Translations under genes and position numbers: made by a program | Notes under the pieces: model-generated | Seen by the model: only the letters and a program-made list of their open reading frames with translations | Told to the model about the DNA's origin: nothing | Databases searched by the model: none | Part shown: positions 51,020 to 60,269 of the stretch, one piece after another | Layout: each line of letters starts with the position of its first letter | Numbering within the stretch: position 1 is the first letter of the stretch | NCBI GenBank assembly: GCA_019116755.1 | Contig: DXBB01000073.1 | Span: 2,692 to 66,691 of the forward strand | Length of the DNA: 64,000 bases | Reading direction: 5' to 3' | Source of the DNA: Candidatus Gallimonas intestinavium | Lineage (GTDB): Bacteria > Bacillota > Clostridia > Christensenellales > Borkfalkiaceae

Positions 51020-52219
51020 ATGCGCATTCCGGAAGCGACGATCGGCTATCTGGCCGAAAAGAGCGGCATTCCCGTGTGGATCGTGCGCGGGGACGGGGAG
51101 CTCGTCCGGGGCGGGTACCGCGCGGAGTTTTTGGGGGAACGGGAGCGGATGCAGGCTTTTTTTGCAGGGATCGCCGCGCAGTCGGATGCGCTGCCGCAGG
51201 TAAAGAAGGTGCCGTCCGGGGAATTGTACGCAAGTTTTTCGCTCGGCGAGGGGAACTTCCTCGTCGCGGGGCCTTCGTACGAGCTGCATCCCATGCTGGG
51301 TGGAAAGCGGGGGAGTGCGGGCGTGCTCTTTTCGTCCGAGCATGTCAAGGAAGTGCTGCTGCAGATGCCCACCGTCTCCGCGGCGGAGTTCTGCCGCTAT
51401 ACCTGCGTGCTCGCCGAGGTTTTGCTGCAGAGGCAGTTTGCGCCCGGGGAACTCGAGCAGGACATCCGCACCTACTATTTTTCGGATGCGCTCAACCGTC
51501 AGCTCGCGGAGACGCTCTTTGACATCCGCGAGGAGGAGCGTGAGACCGCCTATGCGCCCGATGCGGAAAAGCGGGTGCTCTCCTATGTGACGAACGGCGA
51601 TGTGGACGCGCTGAAGAACTTCCGGATGCCGCGCGTCAAGGATCCCAATGCAGAGGGCAACCGATCGCAGGATCTCTTTGAGTGCGTGGCGCTCGTCACG
51701 CTCGCAACGCGCGCCGCCATTGCGGGCGGGCTCGACTATGTGGTCGCGTTCAGCCTGAGCGATCTCTATCTGCAGCGGCTGGGGCGGGTCTCGAGCCGTG
51801 CGGAACTTTCGGGCATCGTCTCGCAGGTGCTTTCGCACTTCGCGCGCAAGGTGAAGGAGTCGCAGGAACTGCAGAAAAAGAAGGTCTCCTCTCCCTACAT
51901 CCGGCAGGGCATCCAATACATCCGCTCCCATCTGCACGGGCGCGTCACCCTCGAGGACGCCGCGCAGGCGGTGGGGCTGGATCCGAAGTATTTCTCCCGC
52001 CTCTTCGTCACGGTGACGGGGGAGCGCTTCTCCACCTATGTGCAGCGGGAGCGCATCCAGGAGGCCAAGGACCTTCTGGCGCATTCCAACCGCACCATCA
52101 TCGATGTGAGCAACAGTCTGGGATTCAGTTCGCAGAGTTATTTCATCAAGGTCTTTACGGAGTTCGTCGGCGAGACGCCCGGGGAATATCTGAAAAAGCA
52201 TCGCCGTCCGAGGGGATGA
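51020..52219 (+). CDS. AraC/XylS family transcriptional regulator
   Basis: C-terminal double HTH (LEDAAQAVGLDPKYFSRLFVTVTG ... VSNSLGFSSQSYFIKVFTEFVGETPGEY). Divergent from the GH39 operon. Confidence 0.9.
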   Translation: MRIPEATIGYLAEKSGIPVWIVRGDGELVRGGYRAEFLGERERMQAFFAGIAAQSDALPQVKKVPSGELYASFSLGEGNFLVAGPSYELHPMLGGKRGSAGVLFSSEHVKEVLLQMPTVSAAEFCRYTCVLAEVLLQRQFAPGELEQDIRTYYFSDALNRQLAETLFDIREEERETAYAPDAEKRVLSYVTNGDVDALKNFRMPRVKDPNAEGNRSQDLFECVALVTLATRAAIAGGLDYVVAFSLSDLYLQRLGRVSSRAELSGIVSQVLSHFARKVKESQELQKKKVSSPYIRQGIQYIRSHLHGRVTLEDAAQAVGLDPKYFSRLFVTVTGERFSTYVQRERIQEAKDLLAHSNRTIIDVSNSLGFSSQSYFIKVFTEFVGETPGEYLKKHRRPRG

Positions 52220-52260
52220 GCGGGCGGGAAGGAGGGGAAACGGACATCCGGAAACAAAAT

Positions 52261-52288
52261 AGCCTGATGACTTCGAGCATCAGGCTTT
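52261..52288 (+). terminator. Possible terminator after araC (weak T-run)
   Basis: AGCCTGATG, 8-nt loop, CATCAGGCT, TTCCTC. Confidence 0.4.
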
Positions 52289-52399
52289 CCTCATATATAC
52301 GGGAGAATGGGAATATGCGACCAACGACCCTGCATATCGGGAGATGGGGTATAAAGCAAAACTTGCTTTGGAATTGTATATCTGAGCGGCGGAAACCTT

Positions 52400-52438
52400 C
52401 ATTTCGCAAATTTTATCTTTTTCTAAATTTGCGAAGTG
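52400..52438. repeat. Palindrome CATTTCGCAAATTT-N11-AAATTTGCGAAGTG at the 3' end of the ATPase gene
   Basis: 14-nt arms with one mismatch. The right arm overlaps the last codons and stop of the ATPase gene. Confidence 0.7.
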
Positions 52439-53622
52439 CAGAGCCATTCGGCGATGTCGACGATGCGGATGCCTTCCACCTGGCTTTCGGGGTGCTTCGT
52501 GCGGGCGACGATCATTTTCGGATAGGCGTCTTTGATGGAGAGCAAGGGGGCGATTTCCCGCTGCAGCGTTTCGAGGCGGGAAATATCGTCGCATACCTGG
52601 ATATAGGTCTTTACGCCTTCTTTGACAGCGACGAAATCGACCTCCTTCTCGCCGAGCTGCCCGACGTAGACTTCGTATCCGCGGCGTAGCAGTTCGATGG
52701 CGACGAGATTTTCATAGAGATGCCCGTAATCGGCGTTTTTCGTGCCGATCGTGGCGTAGCGGAAAGAGAGGTCTGCAAGGTAGTATTTTTTATCCGATTC
52801 CAGATAGCGCTTGCCCTTGACGTCGTACCGCTTGAAGGGGTAGAACAGAAAGCTGCGGCAGAGATATTCGACATAAGCGCCGCACGTCTTATCGTTCGTC
52901 TTATAGGTGTTGGAGGTGAGCGTGTTTGCGATCTTGCGGATAGACGTCTTGCTGCCGATATTGTCCATCAAAAAGTCTGCGATCATGTTCAGAAGGTCTT
53001 CGTTTTCGATTTTGAACTTGGTGACGATGTCTTTCGTGATGGTCGTGCGGACGATGCCCGCGAGGTATTTCCTTGCGTCTGCCGGATCTTTGTAGAGATA
53101 CGAGCCCGACATCCCGCCCTCGATCACATAGCGGTCGAACGCCGCTTGGATATCGTTCTCGGGATAATACAGGAGATATTCGCGGAAGGAGAAGGGGAAC
53201 ATTGCGATCTCAAATACGCGGCCGCCGAACAGGGTGGCGAGGTCGCTGGAAAGGAGAAAGGCGTTGGAACCGGTCAGATAGATATCGAAGCGCTCCTCCT
53301 CGTACAGGCTGTTGATGACGGTCTCAAACCCGTCGCAAAGCTGCACCTCATCGATGAAGAGGTAATTTGTAACGCCTTCCCGATAGCGTTCGTCGATATA
53401 GCGGTAGAGAGCGTCCCCCGCTTTCAGAGCCTCAAACTGTTTGAGATTGAGCTTGATGCGGACGATGTTCTTGGGCGCGCCGTCTTTTTCAAGCAGAGCA
53501 ATAAAAGCGTCCATCAGCTTTGATTTTCCCGAACGCCGCACGCCTGTGATGACTTTGATATCGGGCGTTCCGACAACGTTTTGAAGCTGTTTAAGATAGG
53601 ATGTCCTTTCGATCAGTTTCAT
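52423..53622 (-). CDS. AAA+ ATPase of the AAA_14 + DUF4143 type
   Basis: Start at ATG 53622 after GAGGTG. Walker A GVRRSGKS and Walker B YLFIDEVQ. The C-terminal region resembles DUF4143 (predicted nuclease-like fold). Visibly AT-richer than its neighbours. Confidence 0.75.
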   Translation of the reverse strand: MKLIERTSYLKQLQNVVGTPDIKVITGVRRSGKSKLMDAFIALLEKDGAPKNIVRIKLNLKQFEALKAGDALYRYIDERYREGVTNYLFIDEVQLCDGFETVINSLYEEERFDIYLTGSNAFLLSSDLATLFGGRVFEIAMFPFSFREYLLYYPENDIQAAFDRYVIEGGMSGSYLYKDPADARKYLAGIVRTTITKDIVTKFKIENEDLLNMIADFLMDNIGSKTSIRKIANTLTSNTYKTNDKTCGAYVEYLCRSFLFYPFKRYDVKGKRYLESDKKYYLADLSFRYATIGTKNADYGHLYENLVAIELLRRGYEVYVGQLGEKEVDFVAVKEGVKTYIQVCDDISRLETLQREIAPLLSIKDAYPKMIVARTKHPESQVEGIRIVDIAEWLCTSQI

Positions 53623-53639
53623 GGTTTCACCTCGGCAAC

Positions 53640-53668
53640 AGTATAACTCATTTCGCATTTTTTGTCAA
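53640..53668 (-). promoter_or_regulatory. Putative sigma-A promoter of the AAA ATPase gene
   Basis: On the minus strand: TTGACA (53668-53663), 17-nt spacer, TATACT (53645-53640). Confidence 0.55.
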
Positions 53669-53689
53669 ATGCAAAATTTGCGAAATGAG
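53647..53689. repeat. Palindrome CTCATTTCGCA-N21-TGCGAAATGAG upstream of the ATPase gene
   Basis: Perfect 11-nt arms. The right arm extends to AAATTTGCGAAATGAG, so it contains the same 14-mer as the palindrome at 52400. Confidence 0.7.
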
Positions 53690-53804
53690 AATGATTTCCG
53701 TCGGATGGCGGGCTTTTTGGTGGAAAAATTACTATTTTTGTGCCGAATTGTAATAGAAAAGCGGGGGAAGGGGCGATATAATGGGGCAAAAAGGAGGAAA
53801 ATGT

Positions 53805-56039
53805 ATGGACGACATCAAAGTTTTGATCAAAAAGATGACCCTGGAAGAAAAGGCGGGGCTGTGCTCGGGGAGCGATTTCTGGCACACGAAGGCGGTGGAG
53901 CGGCTCTCCGTTCCCGCCGTCATGGTGAGCGACGGCCCCCACGGTCTGAGGAAGCAGGAGGAGGGGTCGGATCATCTCGGCATCCACGACAGCATCAAGG
54001 CGGTGTGTTTTCCTGCCGCCTGCGCGACGGCGTGTTCCTTCGACCGCACCCTTCTTCGCGAGATGGGGAGCGCGCTCGGGAAAGAGTGCCGCGCGGAGGG
54101 CGTTGCCGTGCTGTTGGGCCCTGCCGTCAACATCAAGCGTTCGCCCTTATGCGGGCGCAATTTTGAGTATTTCTCCGAAGACCCTTTTCTTGCGGGCGAG
54201 CTCGCCTGCGCCTTCGTGCAGGGCGTGCAGGGCGAGGGAGCGGGGGTGAGCGTCAAGCACTTTGCCGCCAACAACCAGGAGACGCGCAGGATGTCCGTCT
54301 CCTCCGAAGTGAGCGAGCGAGCGCTGCGGGAGATCTATTTCCCCGCGTTTGAGAAGGTGGTCAAAGACGCAAAGCCCGCGACCGTGATGTGCTCTTACAA
54401 CAAGATCAACGGGGTGTACGCTTCGGAGAACGAGTGGCTCTTGACGGACGTTCTCCGTAACGAGTGGGGATTCGACGGCTTTGTCGTGAGCGACTGGTAC
54501 GCCGTCTCCGACCGCGTGAAGGGCCTGAAAGCAGGGCTCGACCTCGAGATGCCGGGCGGCGACGAGGAGAACGACAAAAAGATCGTGGCGGCGGTGAGAA
54601 GCGGCGAACTTCCCGAAGAGGTGCTCGATCGTGCGGTGGAGCGCATTCTGCGCGTCATCCTGCCCCTCCATAAGGAACGGACGGCGCCCTTTGACCGCGA
54701 GCGCGACCATGAAAAGGCGGTCTCCATTGCAAAGGAGAGCGCCGTGCTGCTGAAAAATGAGGGCGCGCTGCCGCTTGCGCTCGGGGAAGACGTGCTCTTT
54801 GTGGGCGAATTTGCAAGAAAGCCGCGCTTCCAGGGCGGCGGGAGTTCGCATATCAACGCGTGGCGGGCGGACGGCGCCCTTGCGTTTGCGCAAGGCGTGC
54901 GCTATGTGCGCGGGTTCGGCACGGACGGCGAGGGAACGGAAGAAGAACTCAAAGAAGCGCTTGCCGCCGCGGAAAGCGCAAAGACCGTCGTCGTCTTTGC
55001 GGGGCTTCCCGACCGCTATGAGTCGGAAGGGTACGACCGCACGAATATGCGGCTGCCCGAGGCGGAAGACCGGCTCATCGACGCGCTGTGCGAGGCGGGG
55101 CAAAAGGTCGTCGTGGTGCTCCACAACGGCTCTCCCGTCGAGATTCCGTGGATCGGGAAGGTGAATGCCGTGCTCGAGATGTATCTTGCGGGCGAGGGCG
55201 CGGGGGAGGCGGCGGTGCGCCTTCTGACGGGAGCAGCCAACCCTTCGGGAAAACTTGCGGAGAGCTTCCCGCTCCGCCTCGAGGATACGCCCTCCTACCT
55301 CAACTTCCCGGGAGACAGGGAGCGCGTCAGGTATGCGGAGGACGTCTTTGTCGGCTACCGCTATTATGACAGCAAGAAAGAGGAGGTGCTCTTCCCGTTC
55401 GGGTACGGGCTCTCCTATACGACGTTTGAATACTCCGATCTCAAACTCTCCTCCGTGGAATGGCGGGAGGGGGAGCGGCTTAAAGTGACGCTCACCGTGA
55501 CGAATACCGGCAAACGGGCGGGGAAAGAGATCGTGGAGCTGTATATCTCCGACCAAAGCGGCGAAGCCGTGCGCCCCGTGCATGAGTTAAAGGGCTTTGA
55601 AAAGGTCGCCCTTCAGCCAGGGGAGAGCAAACAAGTCACGTTTGAACTCGGCGGGCGCGCGTTCGCCTTCTTTGACGAAAAAACGCACGGCTGGCGCGTG
55701 CCGAACGGAAAATTTGTGGTCGAAGCGGGCGCTTCGTCGCGCGATCTCCGCCTCTTTGCGGAAGTTGTGGTGCACGGAAGGGCGGCTGCCTTCCGCGTGG
55801 ACGGCGATACGACGGTGGAACAGCTCTTTGCTCACCCCGCGACGCGCGCCGTCATGCAGGGGCTTCTGAAAAAGTTCCGCCCGGGGAGCTCGGACGACAA
55901 GATGGGCGATACCGACCGCGAGATGATGCGCGCCGCTTACTTGCAGGCGCCCCTCAGAACGGTGCGGCTTGCCCTCAATATGACGAAGGAACAGTACGAA
56001 GGGCTTTTGAACGCCCTCAACGGAGCGTTTGAAGGATGA
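53805..56039 (+). CDS. GH3 beta-glucosidase-like enzyme with FnIII-like domain (744 aa)
   Basis: Start at ATG 53805, 7 nt after AAGGAGG. Motifs VSDGPHGLRK, SPLCGRNFEYFSEDP, KHFAANNQE, VVSDWYAV and GYGLSYTTFEYSDL. Confidence 0.9.
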   Translation: MDDIKVLIKKMTLEEKAGLCSGSDFWHTKAVERLSVPAVMVSDGPHGLRKQEEGSDHLGIHDSIKAVCFPAACATACSFDRTLLREMGSALGKECRAEGVAVLLGPAVNIKRSPLCGRNFEYFSEDPFLAGELACAFVQGVQGEGAGVSVKHFAANNQETRRMSVSSEVSERALREIYFPAFEKVVKDAKPATVMCSYNKINGVYASENEWLLTDVLRNEWGFDGFVVSDWYAVSDRVKGLKAGLDLEMPGGDEENDKKIVAAVRSGELPEEVLDRAVERILRVILPLHKERTAPFDRERDHEKAVSIAKESAVLLKNEGALPLALGEDVLFVGEFARKPRFQGGGSSHINAWRADGALAFAQGVRYVRGFGTDGEGTEEELKEALAAAESAKTVVVFAGLPDRYESEGYDRTNMRLPEAEDRLIDALCEAGQKVVVVLHNGSPVEIPWIGKVNAVLEMYLAGEGAGEAAVRLLTGAANPSGKLAESFPLRLEDTPSYLNFPGDRERVRYAEDVFVGYRYYDSKKEEVLFPFGYGLSYTTFEYSDLKLSSVEWREGERLKVTLTVTNTGKRAGKEIVELYISDQSGEAVRPVHELKGFEKVALQPGESKQVTFELGGRAFAFFDEKTHGWRVPNGKFVVEAGASSRDLRLFAEVVVHGRAAAFRVDGDTTVEQLFAHPATRAVMQGLLKKFRPGSSDDKMGDTDREMMRAAYLQAPLRTVRLALNMTKEQYEGLLNALNGAFEG

Positions 56040-56830
56040 CGCTTGTTGAGTTGTTACGCCGCATCGGACTGCCCGAAGAGGCGGCGGAGGGCGTTTTCGC
56101 GTTTGCGGAGCGCGGCATGGAAGGGATGGAGCCGCTTATCGCCGCTCTCACGGACCCCCTGCATGCCGAACGCGCCGAACGCGAATTGGAAGAGCGGCTG
56201 CGGGGGGAGAAGTGGGGCGTGCTTGCCTGCCTGCTCCTTGCCGCCGCAAGGGCGCATGAGGAATATGTGCGCCTCGGCATCCCCGAAAAGGTCTACGAGG
56301 ACACGATGCGCTGTTTTACGCGCTTTATGAAGGAGCACCGCGCGCTCACGGGCGAATGGGGCTTTGACCGCGGCCGGTGGGCATGGCGGGCGACCGCGCT
56401 CAGGCTCTTCCGCATCGGAGCCCTCGAGTACGAGCTTGAAAAGGGGCGGGTATCTCTCCATATCCCCTCGGACGGGAGCCTGCAAAAGGAGGCGGTCCGC
56501 GATTCGCTTCATGGGGCGCGCGCCTTTTTACGGACGTATTTTCCCGCCTATGGCGAGGCGCCCTTTTGGTGCAGCTCCTGGCTGCTGCATCCCGCACTGA
56601 GGGAACTGTTGAACGAAAAGAGCAACATTGTGCGCTTCCGGGCTCTGTTCGACGTGCAGCGGGTGGACAACGAAGACCTTTCCTACCGCGCCTTTGTGTT
56701 CAGACGCCCGGACGGAAACGTTTTTGACTATCCCGAGGAGACGGCGCTGCAGCGTCGGCTGAAGCAATATCTGCTTGCGGGCGGGCGGTTCGGTTCCGCC
56801 TCGGGCGTTTTACGGGAGGAGATGATATGA
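56036..56830 (+). CDS. Conserved hypothetical protein (possibly a GNAT-like acyltransferase-domain family)
   Basis: ATGA overlaps on both sides with GH3 and the SGNH esterase. Coding-like composition. The functional guess rests only on vague resemblance. Confidence 0.55.
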   Translation: MTLVELLRRIGLPEEAAEGVFAFAERGMEGMEPLIAALTDPLHAERAERELEERLRGEKWGVLACLLLAAARAHEEYVRLGIPEKVYEDTMRCFTRFMKEHRALTGEWGFDRGRWAWRATALRLFRIGALEYELEKGRVSLHIPSDGSLQKEAVRDSLHGARAFLRTYFPAYGEAPFWCSSWLLHPALRELLNEKSNIVRFRALFDVQRVDNEDLSYRAFVFRRPDGNVFDYPEETALQRRLKQYLLAGGRFGSASGVLREEMI

Positions 56831-57525
56831 AACGGCCGTTTGGCTTCCGTGCCCAAGTAAGGGCGTACGTAAACTTTTTGGAAGGGAAAAAACTTGCGCG
56901 CATCAAGGCGCTCGCCAAATACCCGCGGAGGGGAGGCATTCTCTTTTTGGGCGATTCGCTTACCGAAGAATTTCCCTTCGGCGAGCTGCTTCCCGAATTC
57001 CCGATCGTCGGACGCGGTTACAGCGGCGATACGGCGTCGATGCTGAGAGAACGGCTTCCCTATACCTGTACGCCCTACGCGCCGGCGGCGGTATTTTTGC
57101 AGGCAGGCATCAACGACCTCCAGCGGGGCGCTTCCCCCGAGGAGACTGCCCGCAGCGTGGGGGAGGCGCTTATCGCCGTCCGAAAGCTCTGCCCCGGGGC
57201 AAAACTTCATCTTCTCGCGCTCTATCCCGTCAACTGTTCGTCGGAAAAGTTTTCGCTCTTCCGACCCAAAGCGTTTTCAAAGAGGGAGGCCTTGACGCTC
57301 ATCAGCCGTACGAATACGCTGCTTCGTGAGGAGGCGGCCGCGCGGGGAGCGGAGTTCCACGACTTTGGAGATGTACTAAGGGACGGCGGCGGGGAATTGC
57401 GGGAAGAATTTTCCTGCGACGGGCTGCATCTCACCGTGGAGGGCTATGCCGCGCTTGCGGAGGGGCTCAGGCCCTCTCTCGTGCGCTGCGGCCAAACGGA
57501 AGAATTTATGGAGGTAAGATCATGA
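56827..57525 (+). CDS. SGNH/GDSL hydrolase (esterase)
   Basis: Block I FLGDSLTE, block III GYSGDT, block V DGLHLT. Confidence 0.8.
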   Translation: MKRPFGFRAQVRAYVNFLEGKKLARIKALAKYPRRGGILFLGDSLTEEFPFGELLPEFPIVGRGYSGDTASMLRERLPYTCTPYAPAAVFLQAGINDLQRGASPEETARSVGEALIAVRKLCPGAKLHLLALYPVNCSSEKFSLFRPKAFSKREALTLISRTNTLLREEAAARGAEFHDFGDVLRDGGGELREEFSCDGLHLTVEGYAALAEGLRPSLVRCGQTEEFMEVRS

Positions 57526-58409
57526 AAGTATTGCAGTTTGACATCGGAGAAAACGGGGCGAAGCTCACCTGTTATCTGCAGGACAGTTCGCCTGCCATCT
57601 ATGGTTCGGAGCGGCGGCCTGCCGTCGTCATCTTCCCGGGCGGGGGATATGAGTTCGTCTCCGACCCCGAAGGGGAGCCCGTGGCGCTCGCGTATGCGGC
57701 GGAGGGGTTCCAAAGTTTCGTCCTTACCTATTCGGTGGGGGAAAAGGGCGTCTTCCCCATCCCGCAGCGCGAGGCGTTTTTCGCCATCGCCCTTGTGAGA
57801 AAACACGCCGCAGAGTGGGGCGTCGACGAAGGGAAGATCGCTGCCGTCGGGTTTTCGGCGGGCGGACACCTTGCGGCAAGCTGCGGCGTCTTCTGGGATG
57901 ATGAAAGCGTCAACTTGGAAGCGGACAGAAGGGCGTGCCGCCCCGATGCGCTCGTCCTTGGCTATCCGTGCATCACGGCGGGGGAATACGCATACCCCGG
58001 CATCAACACGGTGCACGGGAAGGGAACGGCGTTCCCCGAACGGCTGAGCCTTGAAAAGTATGTGGACAAAAAGACGCCGCCCGCCTTTTTATGCCATACT
58101 TCGGAGGATACTTGCGTGCCTTCCCTCAACTCGCTGCTGTTTGCCTCGGCGCTTGCAAGGGCGAATGTGCCTTACGAGCTGCATATCTACAAGGAGGGGC
58201 CGCACGGCATGAGCCTTGCAAATGCTGCCGTCTCCTCGCCGCTGCTTGCAGAGCAGGACGAGGACGTTCGTCATGCGATAGGCGCGATCGCCCGCCGCTT
58301 TTCGGGATGGCTGAAAGAGAGCGTCGCCTTTTTGCGGCAGGTGTTCGATCCCGTCGCCTTTTCGGTGGAAGGGGGGAAGCTCGTCCTTACTCGCCCCGAA
58401 GAGAAATAA
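57522..58409 (+). CDS. Alpha/beta-hydrolase esterase
   Basis: VVIFPGGGYEFVS (oxyanion region), GFSAGGHLA nucleophile elbow, and a C-terminal HIYKEGPHG. Confidence 0.75.
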   Translation: MKVLQFDIGENGAKLTCYLQDSSPAIYGSERRPAVVIFPGGGYEFVSDPEGEPVALAYAAEGFQSFVLTYSVGEKGVFPIPQREAFFAIALVRKHAAEWGVDEGKIAAVGFSAGGHLAASCGVFWDDESVNLEADRRACRPDALVLGYPCITAGEYAYPGINTVHGKGTAFPERLSLEKYVDKKTPPAFLCHTSEDTCVPSLNSLLFASALARANVPYELHIYKEGPHGMSLANAAVSSPLLAEQDEDVRHAIGAIARRFSGWLKESVAFLRQVFDPVAFSVEGGKLVLTRPEEK

Positions 58410-58440
58410 GGTGCGGGAAATTTTCCGATATCACACCAAA

Positions 58441-58457
58441 TTGTGAGAATATCACAA
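58441..58457. promoter_or_regulatory. lacO-like palindrome TTGTGAGAATATCACAA, candidate LacI-family operator
   Basis: 7 of 8 arm positions are complementary. An extra half-site ATATCACA lies at 58428-58435. Located upstream of the second SBP/permease operon, whose LacI gene lies at its distal end. Confidence 0.5.
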
Positions 58458-58585
58458 AATAGAGTTGATTTTCTGCTACAACTCGTGGAATTTTTAATAT
58501 AAAAAAGGGCCTCCTTGCCTTACAATGATGGCAGAAACAGGGGCGGGGAACGTAATTGTGCAACCGCCGGAATAAGGAGGAAACG

Positions 58586-60235
58586 ATGAAACACAAGGTA
58601 CTTTGCATTGCATTGAGCGCGGTCGTCGCGATCGGCGTGGTCGGCGCGGCAGCAGGCTGTAAAGAGGTGGAAGAGGACCTTGACACCATCAAGATCTTTC
58701 TGCCTTTCGAGGTCGTGAACGGCTATACGAGTTACAGTCAGCTCCCCGTCTATCAGGAGCTCGAAAAGCGCACGGGCGTGAAGGTGGAGTACACTCACGG
58801 CGTGTACAACGACATCCAGCAGATGTGGACGGGCGACTACGAGAACTATGACGTCATGATCATCAGCGATGTGCAGGTGGGTGCGGGCTATCCCGGCGGC
58901 ATCGAGAAGGGGATCTCGGACGGCGTCATCTGGGATCTCACCCCCTATATGGAGGAGAGTGCGCCCGACTACCTCAAGGCCATCGAGGGAAGCTATGCGT
59001 CCGTGCAGAAGTTCACCAAGACGGACAGCGGCAAGTATGCGGGCATCTACAGCGTTCCCATGGAGGAACAGGGCCCCTGGTACGGCTTCGTCATGCGCGA
59101 GGATTGGCTGCGTGCATGGCAGGAGGCGGAGGGCATCATCGAAGAGGGGGCGGAAGTCGTCGATCCCGTCACCTATGACGATTGGGAGGCCTTCCTTACC
59201 TATGTCAAGGAGAATCTGAACGGCGGCAAGGCTCCGCTCTTCCTCTACTACACGGGCACCGATATGGTCGGCACGCTGAATGCGGGCTTCCAGGTCTCGA
59301 GCGGGCTGTATCTCAAGAACGGCAATACCGTCACCTACGGCGCTGCCGAGCCCGAATATCAGCAGTATCTCGACAAGATGCGCGATTGGTACGCAAAGGG
59401 CCTCATCGATGCCAACTTCTTCACCAACAATGAGGGCACCGAGTCGCAGCAGCCGCAGATGCCCGCGATGGATTCCTTCGATCTTACGACCTATCAGTAT
59501 ACGCCGGCGCAGTATGCGGCCTTCCCCATGATCTACACCTACATCCACACCTATGAGGATCTGATGGCCAACTATGCGCCGCTCTACGAGGCGACGGGAA
59601 GGGATGTCTATAATCTCCGCCCGGTGGCAGCGCCCAAGCAGGATGCGGACGACGAGCTGCACATCCGCTATACGGAGAAATCTTCCGCCTATGCCGTCAT
59701 CACCAACCGCGTCAAGACGGAAGAGAAGGTGCGCGCCATCCTGGAATGGTTCAACTATCTCTTCACGGACGAAGGGGCGCTCCTTATGAATTACGGCATC
59801 GAGGGCGATACCTTCGAGTATGTGGACGGCGAGCCCGTGTTCACGGAAAAGATCACCGCCAACAGCGAGGAGCCGCCGCTCAACTTCTCGGATGCCATTA
59901 ACAAGTACTGTTCGCTCAACTTCTGCTTCAAGTACGACTGGACGCGCGAACTGCAGGTCGTTACCGACGAAGAGAAGAGCGCCATGACGGAAGTGTGGAA
60001 CTGCGACAACTCCTATGTGCTGCCCACCGTCACGCTCACCGAGCAGGAAGGAAAGGTCTCCGAACTGTACGAGCTCAACCTGACCAAGTTCAAGGATGAG
60101 TTTACCGTCAACTACATCATCGGCAAGAACACGCAGAGCTTCGACGAATTTGTGGCAACGATGAAGTCGACCTATCACATGGACGACCTCGTCAAGGTAT
60201 ATGCCGACGCTTATGCAAGATATCTGAAGCGATAA
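58586..60235 (+). CDS. Extracellular solute-binding lipoprotein (LplA-type SBP)
   Basis: Start at ATG 58586 after AAGGAGG. Signal peptide with lipobox AAGC. Confidence 0.85.
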   Translation: MKHKVLCIALSAVVAIGVVGAAAGCKEVEEDLDTIKIFLPFEVVNGYTSYSQLPVYQELEKRTGVKVEYTHGVYNDIQQMWTGDYENYDVMIISDVQVGAGYPGGIEKGISDGVIWDLTPYMEESAPDYLKAIEGSYASVQKFTKTDSGKYAGIYSVPMEEQGPWYGFVMREDWLRAWQEAEGIIEEGAEVVDPVTYDDWEAFLTYVKENLNGGKAPLFLYYTGTDMVGTLNAGFQVSSGLYLKNGNTVTYGAAEPEYQQYLDKMRDWYAKGLIDANFFTNNEGTESQQPQMPAMDSFDLTTYQYTPAQYAAFPMIYTYIHTYEDLMANYAPLYEATGRDVYNLRPVAAPKQDADDELHIRYTEKSSAYAVITNRVKTEEKVRAILEWFNYLFTDEGALLMNYGIEGDTFEYVDGEPVFTEKITANSEEPPLNFSDAINKYCSLNFCFKYDWTRELQVVTDEEKSAMTEVWNCDNSYVLPTVTLTEQEGKVSELYELNLTKFKDEFTVNYIIGKNTQSFDEFVATMKSTYHMDDLVKVYADAYARYLKR

Positions 60236-60269
60236 TCGAAAGAAAATTTTGGAAAGGGGGTAAGACGAG

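Noticed and set aside
58441-58457. Interpreting TGTGA-N5-TCACA as a CRP/FNR-family site
   Set aside because: The CRP consensus has a 6-nt spacer. The host looks like a Firmicute, where CRP-type catabolite control is not expected. A LacI-family gene is encoded in the same operon neighbourhood.
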